Source: Nitratidesulfovibrio vulgaris str. Hildenborough (lineage in GTDB: Bacteria > Desulfobacterota > Desulfovibrionia > Desulfovibrionales > Desulfovibrionaceae). From it: DNA of 32,000 nucleotides. The stretch is taken from NCBI RefSeq assembly GCF_000195755.1, contig NC_002937.3, positions 480,001 to 512,000 of the forward strand, read 5' to 3'. Positions 16,086 to 24,168 of the stretch are shown here, piece by piece. The translations under genes were made by a program, and so were the position numbers. The stretch's first letter is position 1; each line of letters starts with the position of its first letter. The notes under the pieces are model-generated. The model saw only the letters and a list, made by a program, of their open reading frames with translations. It was not told where the DNA came from and made no database searches.

Positions 16086-17462
16086 ATGCATACCGTCAGC
16101 ACGGCAGAAGCCGTCGCAGCAGGAGCCTTCGTGGACCTAGCCCTCTTCTTCCGTAACGAGGTCAAACCCGCACTGGGCTGCACCGAACCAGGCGCGGTGG
16201 CCTATGCCGCCAGCATCGCCGCCCGGCATTGTCCCGGCGAGCCTCTGTCGGTGGCGTTGTCACTCTCCCTCTCCATGTTCAAGAACGGGCGTGACGTGGG
16301 CATTCCGGGCACGGGCGGTCTGCGGGGCAACCGCCTCGCCGCCGTGCTGGGTGTGCTCGCCGGAGATGCGGACAAGGGGCTGATGGCGCTGGAACACATC
16401 GACATGGCGGTCGTGGAGAGGGCGCAGACGCTTCTCGATGCCGGAATGGTCACCGAAGAGGTTGTGGATGGTGTGCCCGGAGTCTATGCCGCTGTGACCC
16501 TGCGCTGTGCGGGGCATGAGGTCACGGTCACCGTGGCGGGGCGTCACGACCGTGTCGCTTCCATCGTGGTGGACGGCGAGGTCGTGGGCGGAGAGGGGAT
16601 GGAACGTGCGCCCGAGGCGGACGGCACCCTGCACGGGGGCGCATCGTGCGAGCCTTCCGCATCCTTCACGAAACCTCCGTTGCCAGCCTACCTCGAAGAG
16701 TTGCGCGAGTGCGACTTCGCGCAGTTGTGGGACATGGCTGCGGGCATCGACGCCACACTCGAACAGGAGTTGCTGCGCGGGGCGGCCATGAACATGGCGG
16801 TGGCGCGCATGGGGCTCGAGTCGGGCTGGGGGCTTGGCGTGGGCCATACCCTTGCCGCACATGCGGAAGCCGCTGACCTGCACGCCCGCATCCGCTTCAT
16901 GGCGGGGGCTGCCGCCGACGTGCGCATGGCGGGGGCACCGCAGCCCGTCATGAGCAGCGCGGGCAGCGGCAACCACGGCATCACCGCCACCGTCCCGGTG
17001 GCTGTCGCAGCCGAGGGCCTTGGCGTCTCCCCGCGTGTGCAGGCAGAGGCACTGGCCCTCAGCCATCTTGTGACCGGGTATCTCAAGGCCCACACCGGAC
17101 GGCTGACCCCCATCTGCGGTTGTTCCGTGGCAGCGGGGGCAGGGGCTGCCGCAGGCATCGTGAAGGTGCTGGGCGGCAACGCTGTGCAGGCCGAAAGGGC
17201 CGTGGCCTCGTTGATGGCTTCACTCATGGGCATGTTGTGCGACGGGGCCAAGGGGTCGTGCGGGCTCAAGGTCGCCACGGCGGCGGGCGAGGCGTACGCC
17301 GCCGCGCTGCTGGGCATGGACGACCGCGGTGTGCAGCGGCCCGAAGGGGTGGTCAACCCTGACATCGCCACCACCGCGCGCGCCCTCGCGCGACTCAGCC
17401 GTGAAGGTTTCGCGGCTGCGGATGCGGTGATGGTGGAACTTCTGGGTGGCGGCAAGCACTGA
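16086..17462 (+). CDS. UPF0597 family protein, L-cysteine desulfidase-like (YhaM/CyuA-type, serine dehydratase alpha-like)
   Basis: Hallmark N-terminal segment FRNEVKPALGCTEPGAVAYAAS and C-terminal MLCDGAKGSCGLKV. I chose the start at ATG 16086 (MHTVSTAE...); the 40-aa ORF-track extension is Arg/Pro/Trp-rich. Confidence 0.85.
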   Translation: MHTVSTAEAVAAGAFVDLALFFRNEVKPALGCTEPGAVAYAASIAARHCPGEPLSVALSLSLSMFKNGRDVGIPGTGGLRGNRLAAVLGVLAGDADKGLMALEHIDMAVVERAQTLLDAGMVTEEVVDGVPGVYAAVTLRCAGHEVTVTVAGRHDRVASIVVDGEVVGGEGMERAPEADGTLHGGASCEPSASFTKPPLPAYLEELRECDFAQLWDMAAGIDATLEQELLRGAAMNMAVARMGLESGWGLGVGHTLAAHAEAADLHARIRFMAGAAADVRMAGAPQPVMSSAGSGNHGITATVPVAVAAEGLGVSPRVQAEALALSHLVTGYLKAHTGRLTPICGCSVAAGAGAAAGIVKVLGGNAVQAERAVASLMASLMGMLCDGAKGSCGLKVATAAGEAYAAALLGMDDRGVQRPEGVVNPDIATTARALARLSREGFAAADAVMVELLGGGKH

Positions 17463-17498
17463 CATTGCCGGGGCACGGATTTTTTGACTTGTATGGGC

Positions 17499-17528
17499 AA
17501 GGGCCGCAGCGGAAGCTGCGGCCCTTGT
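17499..17528. terminator. Bidirectional stem-loop terminator between convergent genes
   Basis: Perfect 13-bp stem CAAGGGCCGCAGC / GCTGCGGCCCTTG with a GGAA tetraloop. It is flanked by TTTTTT upstream (an A-run when read on the minus strand) and TGTGCGTTGT downstream. It lies 37 nt after the UPF0597 stop and 85 nt after the ade stop. Confidence 0.65.
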
Positions 17529-17612
17529 GCGTTGTCGTGGGATGTCGCGTGGCCTGCGGGGCTGCCTGGCCCGGCTGGTGCGGACAGCGCGGTCATCCGG
17601 GCGTGGCGTCGT

Positions 17613-19340
17613 CTATACCCCCACCGTGGTGAAGGAGAAGGTGCGCACGTCGAAAAGCCCCCGGTCGGTGAGTTTCAGGGCCGGAATGACCGGCAGCGTC
17701 AGAAAGCTGAGGGTCATGAAGGGTTCGATGTCGCGCGATATGTGCAGCGTCTCGTGGGCGATGGAGAGCATCTGCGCGAAGGTTGCGCTCACTTCCGTCG
17801 CGGGACGGTCGGACATGAGTCCGGCAACGGGCAGCGGCAGGCTTGCCAGCACACGCCCCCCGGCGCACAGGGTGATGCCGCCGCCGGTACGTTCGAGTTC
17901 ACGCACGGCAACGAGCATGTCGGCGTCGTTGTCGCCCGCCACCACGATGTTGTGCGAGTCGTGGGCCACGGTGGTCGCCACGGCACCGCCGCGCAGCCCG
18001 TAACCTTCGATGATGCCCACGCCCACGTTGCCCGTTGCCTTGTGGCGTTCCACCACGGCCAGCTTCACGAGGCCATCGCCGGGGGTGAAGCACCCGGAGG
18101 CGTCGCGGGGCACGTCACGTTCAAGGGCGTCGGTCAGCAGCGAATGGGGTTGCAGACCGATGACCCGCGCCAGTCCTGTGGGCAGGGGCAGCCGGAAGGC
18201 CGTATCGTCGAGGGGGCGGATGTTCACCGTGTCGCGCACTGCCGGGTCGGCATGGTCGGGCAGGTCGACGACGACGGCCCCGTCACGGGCCACGAGGCGG
18301 CCCGCCGCGTAGACCTTGCGCACAGCGAAGCCGGTGAGGTCGTCCACCAGCACGAAGTCGGCCACACGACCGGGGGCCACAGCGCCACGGTCACGGAGGC
18401 CGAAGCACTCCGCGGCGTTGAGGGTGGCGATGGTCACGGCGGTGACGGGGTCGACGCCGTGGCTGACGGCGATGCGCAGATGGTTGTCGATGTGCCCGTC
18501 ACGCAGGATGTCCGCCGGCTGGCGGTCGTCGGTGCAGAAGACGCAGCGGCGGGCGTTGCCGGGAGTGATGCCGGGGGCCAGCCGCGCCATGTCGCGTGCG
18601 GCAGACCCTTCGCGTAGCAGCACGTACATGCCGAGGGCGATGCGTTCGTGCATCTCGTCGACGGTGGTGCATTCGTGGTCGGTGGCGATGCGGGCGGCGG
18701 CATAGGTGGCAAGGTCGCGTCCCGCGAGGCCGGGGCTGTGCCCGTCCACGGTCTTGCCCCGGTCAAGGGCGAGGGCGATCTTGTCGAGCACGTCGGCATC
18801 TCCGGCGAGCACACCGGGGAAGTTCATCATCTCGCCGAGTCCTGCCACGCGCGGGTCGTCCATGAGTGTGGCGAGGGCGGCGGCGTCGAGCACCGCCCCG
18901 GCATTCTCGAAGGGGGTCGCGGGCACGCACGAGGGCAGGGCCAGACGCACGTCGAGGGGCAGGTCGCGGGTGGCGTCGAGCATGTAGCGCAGCCCGGCGA
19001 GTCCGCAGACGTTGGCTATCTCGTGCGGGTCGGCGATGACGGCCGTGGTGCCGCGCGCCAGCACGAGGCGTGCGAACTGGGCGGGCGAGACCAGCGACGA
19101 CTCGATGTGCACATGGCCGTCGATGAGTCCGGGCAGCAGGTAGCGTCCTTCGGCGTCGAGGGTGGCGTGGGCCTCTGCCTCGAAGAAGCCGAGAAAGCGC
19201 CCGCCGCCGATGGCGAGGGGGGCTTCGACGATGCGCTGCGAGAAGACGTCGACGATGCGGGCGTTGCGGACGACAAGGTCGACCGGGGCACGGCCTGCTG
19301 CCATGTCGACGAGGTCGTTGAGAAGGGGGCGGTATGTCAT
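17613..19340 (-). CDS. ade: Adenine deaminase
   Basis: Amidohydrolase metal motif LLPGLIDGHVHIESSLVSP and GTTAVIADPHEIANV, typical of Ade. Start at ATG 19340 (MTYRPLLNDL...) with GGGAG 6 nt upstream. Confidence 0.93.
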   Translation of the reverse strand: MTYRPLLNDLVDMAAGRAPVDLVVRNARIVDVFSQRIVEAPLAIGGGRFLGFFEAEAHATLDAEGRYLLPGLIDGHVHIESSLVSPAQFARLVLARGTTAVIADPHEIANVCGLAGLRYMLDATRDLPLDVRLALPSCVPATPFENAGAVLDAAALATLMDDPRVAGLGEMMNFPGVLAGDADVLDKIALALDRGKTVDGHSPGLAGRDLATYAAARIATDHECTTVDEMHERIALGMYVLLREGSAARDMARLAPGITPGNARRCVFCTDDRQPADILRDGHIDNHLRIAVSHGVDPVTAVTIATLNAAECFGLRDRGAVAPGRVADFVLVDDLTGFAVRKVYAAGRLVARDGAVVVDLPDHADPAVRDTVNIRPLDDTAFRLPLPTGLARVIGLQPHSLLTDALERDVPRDASGCFTPGDGLVKLAVVERHKATGNVGVGIIEGYGLRGGAVATTVAHDSHNIVVAGDNDADMLVAVRELERTGGGITLCAGGRVLASLPLPVAGLMSDRPATEVSATFAQMLSIAHETLHISRDIEPFMTLSFLTLPVIPALKLTDRGLFDVRTFSFTTVGV

Positions 19341-19392
19341 GGAGTCTCCCGTTGTGTGGCATGTGGGCGCGGTGCGCACACCGCGAGCGGAG

Positions 19393-19421
19393 AGTATAGA
19401 CGTTTCGGGCGAGGATGGCGA
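19393..19421 (-). promoter_or_regulatory. Candidate sigma70-type promoter for ade (TCGCCA-17-TATACT)
   Basis: Read on the minus strand: -35 TCGCCA (19421-19416), 17-nt spacer, -10 TATACT (19398-19393), about 50 nt upstream of the ade ATG. This is a hexamer match only. Confidence 0.35.
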
Positions 19422-19493
19422 GACGCGCGGAAACGGAGGCGGGTTCGGGTTGCCGTTACGTGGCCGTCGTTGCGTCTGCATCCGCGCAGCGCC

Positions 19494-19543
19494 GTGTCGT
19501 GCCGTGTCGTGCCATGTCGTGCCATGTCGTGCTGTGTCGTGCC
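19494..19543. repeat. Tandem array of five 10-bp units (RTGTCGTGCY)
   Basis: GTGTCGTGCC GTGTCGTGCC ATGTCGTGCC ATGTCGTGCT GTGTCGTGCC, head to tail with no spacers. It is intergenic, between the phoH-like stop and the ade start. Confidence 0.9.
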
Positions 19544-19713
19544 GGGGCGAGGCGGAGGTCTGTGACGGTCACGCGCTGCCGGTCACACCATGAAGGGGGG
19601 CCGTCATGGAAGGTGCCGTCATAGGGGGTGCCCTGACGGTAAGTGCAGCCGCCGCATGAGGGAATGCGGGGCGGGGAGGGAGATGAGGTGCGTCTCGGGC
19701 CGGACTGCCGCCA

Positions 19714-19749
19714 CATGCCGCGCCGCAGGGGGTTGTGCGGCGCGGCATG
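19714..19749 (-). terminator. Strong GC-rich stem-loop downstream of the phoH-like gene (terminator or 3' stabiliser candidate)
   Basis: Perfect 14-bp stem CATGCCGCGCCGCA / TGCGGCGCGGCATG with an 8-nt loop, 38 nt after the stop at 19787. A second 7-bp stem (ACGCCGC/GCGGCGT, 19757-19780) lies between it and the stop. There is no U tract. Confidence 0.45.
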
Positions 19750-19786
19750 GCGGAGGACGCCGCAGTGGGAGATGCGGCGTGGTGTG

Positions 19787-20983
19787 CTACAGGCGGGACC
19801 GCAGCACGATATCCGTGATGGGGCCGCGCGACCGTTCGCCCTTGAGGACGATATGGGCGTAGTTGCGGAACCCCTTGAGCTTCTTGACCACCCAGTTGAG
19901 ACCGTTGTTCGATTCGTTGAGGTACTGGTTGTCGACCTGCCGCGTATCGCCAAGGCAGAAGCACTTCACGCCTTCGCCCATGCGCGTGAGAAGGGCGCGT
20001 GCCTCGTTGCGCGAGAGGTTCTGCATCTCGTCGATGATGACCACGGCATTCTCGAGGTTCATGCCACGCACATAGGCTATGGGCTGTATCTCGAACCGTT
20101 TGGGGTTGAGCTTCATGTTGCCCGCCTCCACACTCTGGAAGACGCGGTTGGCAGGGCGCAGGTCATGCAGCTTGAGCAGCAGGTCTTGTACGTAGCGGAT
20201 GTAGGGGTGCATCTTCTCTTCGATGTCACCGGGCAGAAATCCCATGCGCGCGCCTATCTCCACCACCGGTTTGACGAGGTATATCTTGCGATAGGGCGTG
20301 TCCTTGCGTTCGAAGACGAGATGCAGCGCGGCGGCAAGGGCGAGGAAGGTCTTGCCGTATCCGGCTTCGGACTGGATGGAGACGATGTCGATGCCGGGAT
20401 GCAGCATCAGTTCGAAGGCGAGGTTCTGGTGTACGCTGCGGGGAGCCACCTTCCAGACCTCGTGCTGCCATGTGACGGCGCGTGGGCCGTCCGGCCCGTG
20501 GAAGACGGGTTGCCCGTTCTCCCACCGGAAGCAGTTGGGCACGGGGTCTTCACCATCCATGACGAAGCCGGTGTAGCGTTGCGATTCGGACTGGAAAGGC
20601 ACGGAGTCGCGGTAGCCCTCCACCGGGATGCCCCGCACGCGCGCCTTGAGCTGGAGAATGCGGTCGTTGGTGATGAGGATGGGGCTTTCGAGGGCGGAAG
20701 AGGCGATTTCGCCGAGGATGCGGTCGTCACCGATGGTGCCGGGGGAGGGGGCGACATCGTCCGCCAGCGGCGGGAGAAACGTCACCGCCTCGTCACCCAC
20801 CAGTGCGTTGATGGCCTGCCCTACCACATGACCGATGCGCGGGTCGCGCTGGAGGCCGTCCAGCTCGGCAAGTACGGTCCACGGCACATGGATGCGATTC
20901 TCCTCGCCGTTGCGCAATGCGGCGATGCACCGTGGATTCTCGATAAGGACGTTGGTGTCGAGGACGAAGTTCTTCGAGGCCAT
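19787..20983 (-). CDS. PhoH-like ATPase with N-terminal PIN domain (YlaK-type)
   Basis: PIN signature at the N-terminus (FVLDTNVLIE ... TVLAELD ... ITNDRIL). P-loop SEAGYGKTFLALAAAL and the PhoH segment GFLPGDIEEKMHPYIRYVQD ... VVIIDEMQNL. AAGGAG lies 5 nt upstream of the ATG. Confidence 0.9.
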   Translation of the reverse strand: MASKNFVLDTNVLIENPRCIAALRNGEENRIHVPWTVLAELDGLQRDPRIGHVVGQAINALVGDEAVTFLPPLADDVAPSPGTIGDDRILGEIASSALESPILITNDRILQLKARVRGIPVEGYRDSVPFQSESQRYTGFVMDGEDPVPNCFRWENGQPVFHGPDGPRAVTWQHEVWKVAPRSVHQNLAFELMLHPGIDIVSIQSEAGYGKTFLALAAALHLVFERKDTPYRKIYLVKPVVEIGARMGFLPGDIEEKMHPYIRYVQDLLLKLHDLRPANRVFQSVEAGNMKLNPKRFEIQPIAYVRGMNLENAVVIIDEMQNLSRNEARALLTRMGEGVKCFCLGDTRQVDNQYLNESNNGLNWVVKKLKGFRNYAHIVLKGERSRGPITDIVLRSRL

Positions 20984-21195
20984 AACGCTCCTTTTGCGTC
21001 ATGATGCGCTGCCCGTGTCGCTGTTTGAAGGCGGTACGGTGACAGGAACGTGCAACGGGACGCGACGCTACGGGGTGTCTGGCGGTACCGGACGGCTGGT
21101 GGCTTCGGGCTATCGCCGTGCGGGCTCTTGGTCGTGCGGGGAGGCAGGGGCGGTGTCGTCGCGGCTGCGCCGGAGGTGACGCGGAGCATGCCGCG

Positions 21196-21930
21196 CTAGA
21201 ACGTCATGGCCGTGGCACCGTTCAGTTCATGCAGTCCCGTGGCGGCAAGGTGGAAGAGGTCGCCAAGCGTCATGTGGCCGCAGTCGCCATGAACCAGAAG
21301 GCGTTGCAGCACGAGGGCGGTGAGCCATGCGTCGCCTGTGGCGTCGTGTGCGTCAGCCACATCGATGTCGAACACGCGTGCCACGGCGTAGAGGTCGGCG
21401 TCCTTCGTGGCGAGGGCTGCGGCGCGGGCGGGCAGCCTGTGGCGCAGGGCAAGGTGCAGGCCTCGCACGTCGAGGGTGCGGCGGGGCCACGGGCGCACCC
21501 CGTGGCGTTGCGCCGCGGCATCGAGGAATGCGGCATCGAGGCCCACATGCCACCCCGCGGGCACGCTGTCTCCACAGAAGGTGCGAAAGGCGGCAAGGGA
21601 TTCCGCCGGGTCGTCGTGGGTGGCTGTCTCGTCGGGCAGGAGACCGTGCACGGCGATGGCATCCTCTTCCGGGGGCAGATGCGGGCGCATCTTCGCCTCG
21701 AAGCAGCGTCCGGCGAGGATGCGCTCACCGCGCATGGTCACGCCAGCCACGGCGATGATGGCGTCGCGGCGCGGCACAAGCCCCGTCATCTCAAGGTCGA
21801 GTACCACGAACGTTGCGGCGTGGACGGGTTGCCGCAGCCGTTCAGCCTCTCCCGACCACGGGGTGTGCAGCAGCGGCAGCCGCGTCAGTCCGTCCAGCAG
21901 GCGTGAAGCGACGCGTCTCGCCTTGTGCAT
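21196..21930 (-). CDS. DEDDh 3'-5' exonuclease (DnaQ/DNA polymerase III epsilon-like domain protein)
   Basis: ExoI FVVLDLEMTGL, ExoII GWHVGLDAAFL and ExoIII HDATGDAWLTA are all present. I chose the start at ATG 21930 (GAAGG 5 nt upstream, 8 nt after the upstream stop). ATG 21951 is an alternative. The ORF-track start at 22287 lies inside the upstream gene. Confidence 0.85.
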   Translation of the reverse strand: MHKARRVASRLLDGLTRLPLLHTPWSGEAERLRQPVHAATFVVLDLEMTGLVPRRDAIIAVAGVTMRGERILAGRCFEAKMRPHLPPEEDAIAVHGLLPDETATHDDPAESLAAFRTFCGDSVPAGWHVGLDAAFLDAAAQRHGVRPWPRRTLDVRGLHLALRHRLPARAAALATKDADLYAVARVFDIDVADAHDATGDAWLTALVLQRLLVHGDCGHMTLGDLFHLAATGLHELNGATAMTF

Positions 21931-21937
21931 GGTGCCT

Positions 21938-24160
21938 TCAGGGCGCGTCATGGTCTTGCCCTGCCCTTGTCCGCGGAGGCCGCGGCGACACAGTGTCCCG
22001 ACCGTTGACGTGGTGGATGAATCTGGCGACGGCGGCTTCGGCCCTGCGCAGGGCGAGGGCTTCGAGGGGTGACCGCGGGGCGGACGGCATGTCGGTGGGG
22101 ACTTCCGGGGCGGGGCCGCCACGGGCCGCATCGTGGGCGGTGATGAGCAGAAGCACGTCGAGGGCGCATCGTGCTTCAGGGTAGACCGAAGCCGTGTCTG
22201 GCTTCGCCTGTCCTTCTGCAAGGCGGAGGCGCGACCGCGTGCCGACAGCGTCGACGCCAAGGCGCACAGCGAGAAGGCGTACCGCATCCACGAGGGCCTG
22301 AAGCATGGCGTGCGGGTCGGGATGGCTGAGGGCCTGTCCGCGGGTCATCGCATCTGCCGTGGGTGTGTGCCGGATTGCGGGATGGGCGGCGTGACAGACA
22401 GCATGACGGGCGGCATCGCGCACTGTCGAGGTGAGCGATTCCGCACCGTGAAGGGTACGTGCGTCGCACAGGTCTGCGGTTGGGATGCGGGGGGCCAGCA
22501 GTGGCGGGCTGCCCATGCCGGAAGCCGAAAGGCCGGGGGGAGGGGAGGATGCGGTCGCAGACTCCCTAGCCCCACGCCCCGCCCGTGCGAGGGAGATGGA
22601 CGGGGCGCTGCCGTTGACCCCGGCGGCATCACTGGCCTCCCCCTCGGCTTCGTTGGTGGCCTCTCCATTGGCACACAGGGCCATCCATCGGTGCAGGGGC
22701 AGCGTGAGTGCCGGGGCCATGCGTCCTTGCGGGTCGCGGGCAAAGCCCAGTGCCGCGAGTCCGTCGGTGACGAAGGTGGCTACGCTGCGGCAGTAGCGGG
22801 CTGCACGCATTCCTGTCTCAGGGGACGCCTCGTCGGGCGGGGGCATGAAGACGATACCCGTCCGTTGCACGGGGCGCAGCAACGCCTCTTCGCGGGCCGC
22901 CGGCCCGAAGGTCATGAAGGCGTAAGGCACGGGGGGCGGCCCCAGCGTCTCTTCCGCCATGTGGATGAGGCGTAGTGCAAGGCGGTCGTGCAGACGGGCG
23001 GTCACCGTGTGCAGTGCTTCGGGCCCGGCCCCTTCGCAAAGCAGGTCGAAGGCCAGTGCATCGACGCGGGTGGCGACCCCCACGAGGTCGGAAAGCCCCT
23101 TGGCCTCGCGCAGGGCTGCGAAGAGGGCCGCAGGGGATGTCCCGCGCAATGACAGGAGGTCGTCGGAGGACAGCAGACAGGGTGGCGTGTCGTCTGCACG
23201 GCTGTCGTGGGGCGACTCCCGGTGGTGTGTGCTGTCCCTGCCCTGCCCGTCAAACCTGTCGACCCCGGTGTGCCCGTCCCCCCCGCCACGTTCCCTGTCT
23301 CCGTCGTCCCCTTCTTGTGCTGCGCATCTCGCATCGGGGTGAAGCATGGCGTGAGGGGCTTCGCCATGCGCGAGAGTCTCGGGTACGACGGCCACATGGT
23401 GGATGCCACGTGCCGTCATGGCAAGCAGCGCGTCGAGGGCGGGTGTCTCGGGGGGCAAGGTGAAGACCGGCGATGACATGATGCCGCCTACGGGCTGCGC
23501 GCTGTCCCCACCCCGCGCCAGCACACGGGCTGTGAGGTCACGCACGGTGACGATGCCGCAGGGACAGCCGCCTTCGACCACCAGCACGGCACTGCCGCCG
23601 CTGTCGACCATGGCGCGTGCCGCTTCGCCGATGGCGTCGCCGGGGGCGACACACGGGGCGGGGCGGGTGGTGAGCGTTGCCAGCGTGGTATGGTGCCATG
23701 TGTCCGCCTCGTGCCGCGCCAGCAGGGTCGTCCGTCGCATCTCCGCCGCCGCCCTGTCACGAAGGGCCGCGCTGCAACGGGGGGCGAGCAGCGCAACAAG
23801 CCCCGGTGTGGTTGCAAGGGCGTCTGCCACGGCATTCCGTTCCAGAAGGATGCAGAGTACGTCGGTGAGGGCCGTGCAGGGTGCGGTGCCGGTCGTGTCG
23901 GTCGCGCCAGTCGCGTCGTCGAGCCATGCCCCCGGCGCGAGCACCGTTCCGGGCCAGCCGGGGCGAGTGGGGCCTTGCACCATCCCCTTGCGGATGAGGT
24001 GCAGGTGCGTGCCGATGTCATCAGGGGCTGCGGGAAGCCGCCCGCCCCTGGGGACGAAGAGTACCTCCGCCGTCGCGGCGACTCGCCGCAACGCACCCGA
24101 AGGGCAGTCCGAGAAGGGGGCGATGCCGCGCAGGAAGCCGATGATGTCTTCGGGGATCAC
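21938..24160 (-). CDS. cNMP-binding-like / CBS-pair / degenerate DUF294-type nucleotidyltransferase-domain protein
   Basis: N-terminal cyclic-nucleotide-binding-like segment (IIGFLRGIAPFSDCPSGALRRVA...HLIRKGMV). Two CBS motifs follow (AVLVVEGGCPCGIVTVRDL; GIHHVAVV...SSDDLL); the second is interrupted by a ~65-aa Asp/Gly/His/Arg-rich insert. After that comes a region colinear with the DUF294 core of the upstream paralog, but with the catalytic residues replaced. It starts 8 nt after the upstream gene. Confidence 0.75.
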   Translation of the reverse strand: MIPEDIIGFLRGIAPFSDCPSGALRRVAATAEVLFVPRGGRLPAAPDDIGTHLHLIRKGMVQGPTRPGWPGTVLAPGAWLDDATGATDTTGTAPCTALTDVLCILLERNAVADALATTPGLVALLAPRCSAALRDRAAAEMRRTTLLARHEADTWHHTTLATLTTRPAPCVAPGDAIGEAARAMVDSGGSAVLVVEGGCPCGIVTVRDLTARVLARGGDSAQPVGGIMSSPVFTLPPETPALDALLAMTARGIHHVAVVPETLAHGEAPHAMLHPDARCAAQEGDDGDRERGGGDGHTGVDRFDGQGRDSTHHRESPHDSRADDTPPCLLSSDDLLSLRGTSPAALFAALREAKGLSDLVGVATRVDALAFDLLCEGAGPEALHTVTARLHDRLALRLIHMAEETLGPPPVPYAFMTFGPAAREEALLRPVQRTGIVFMPPPDEASPETGMRAARYCRSVATFVTDGLAALGFARDPQGRMAPALTLPLHRWMALCANGEATNEAEGEASDAAGVNGSAPSISLARAGRGARESATASSPPPGLSASGMGSPPLLAPRIPTADLCDARTLHGAESLTSTVRDAARHAVCHAAHPAIRHTPTADAMTRGQALSHPDPHAMLQALVDAVRLLAVRLGVDAVGTRSRLRLAEGQAKPDTASVYPEARCALDVLLLITAHDAARGGPAPEVPTDMPSAPRSPLEALALRRAEAAVARFIHHVNGRDTVSPRPPRTRAGQDHDAP

Positions 24161-24168
24161 GTGTCACC

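Noticed and set aside
19494-19543. Tandem decamers as a CRISPR array
   Set aside because: The units are 10 bp long and directly abutting without spacers, and no cas genes are present. This is a simple tandem repeat, reported as such.
17484-19565. Plus-strand ORFs 17484-18617 and 18648-19565
   Set aside because: They are antisense to the well-supported adenine deaminase gene and show shadow-ORF composition.
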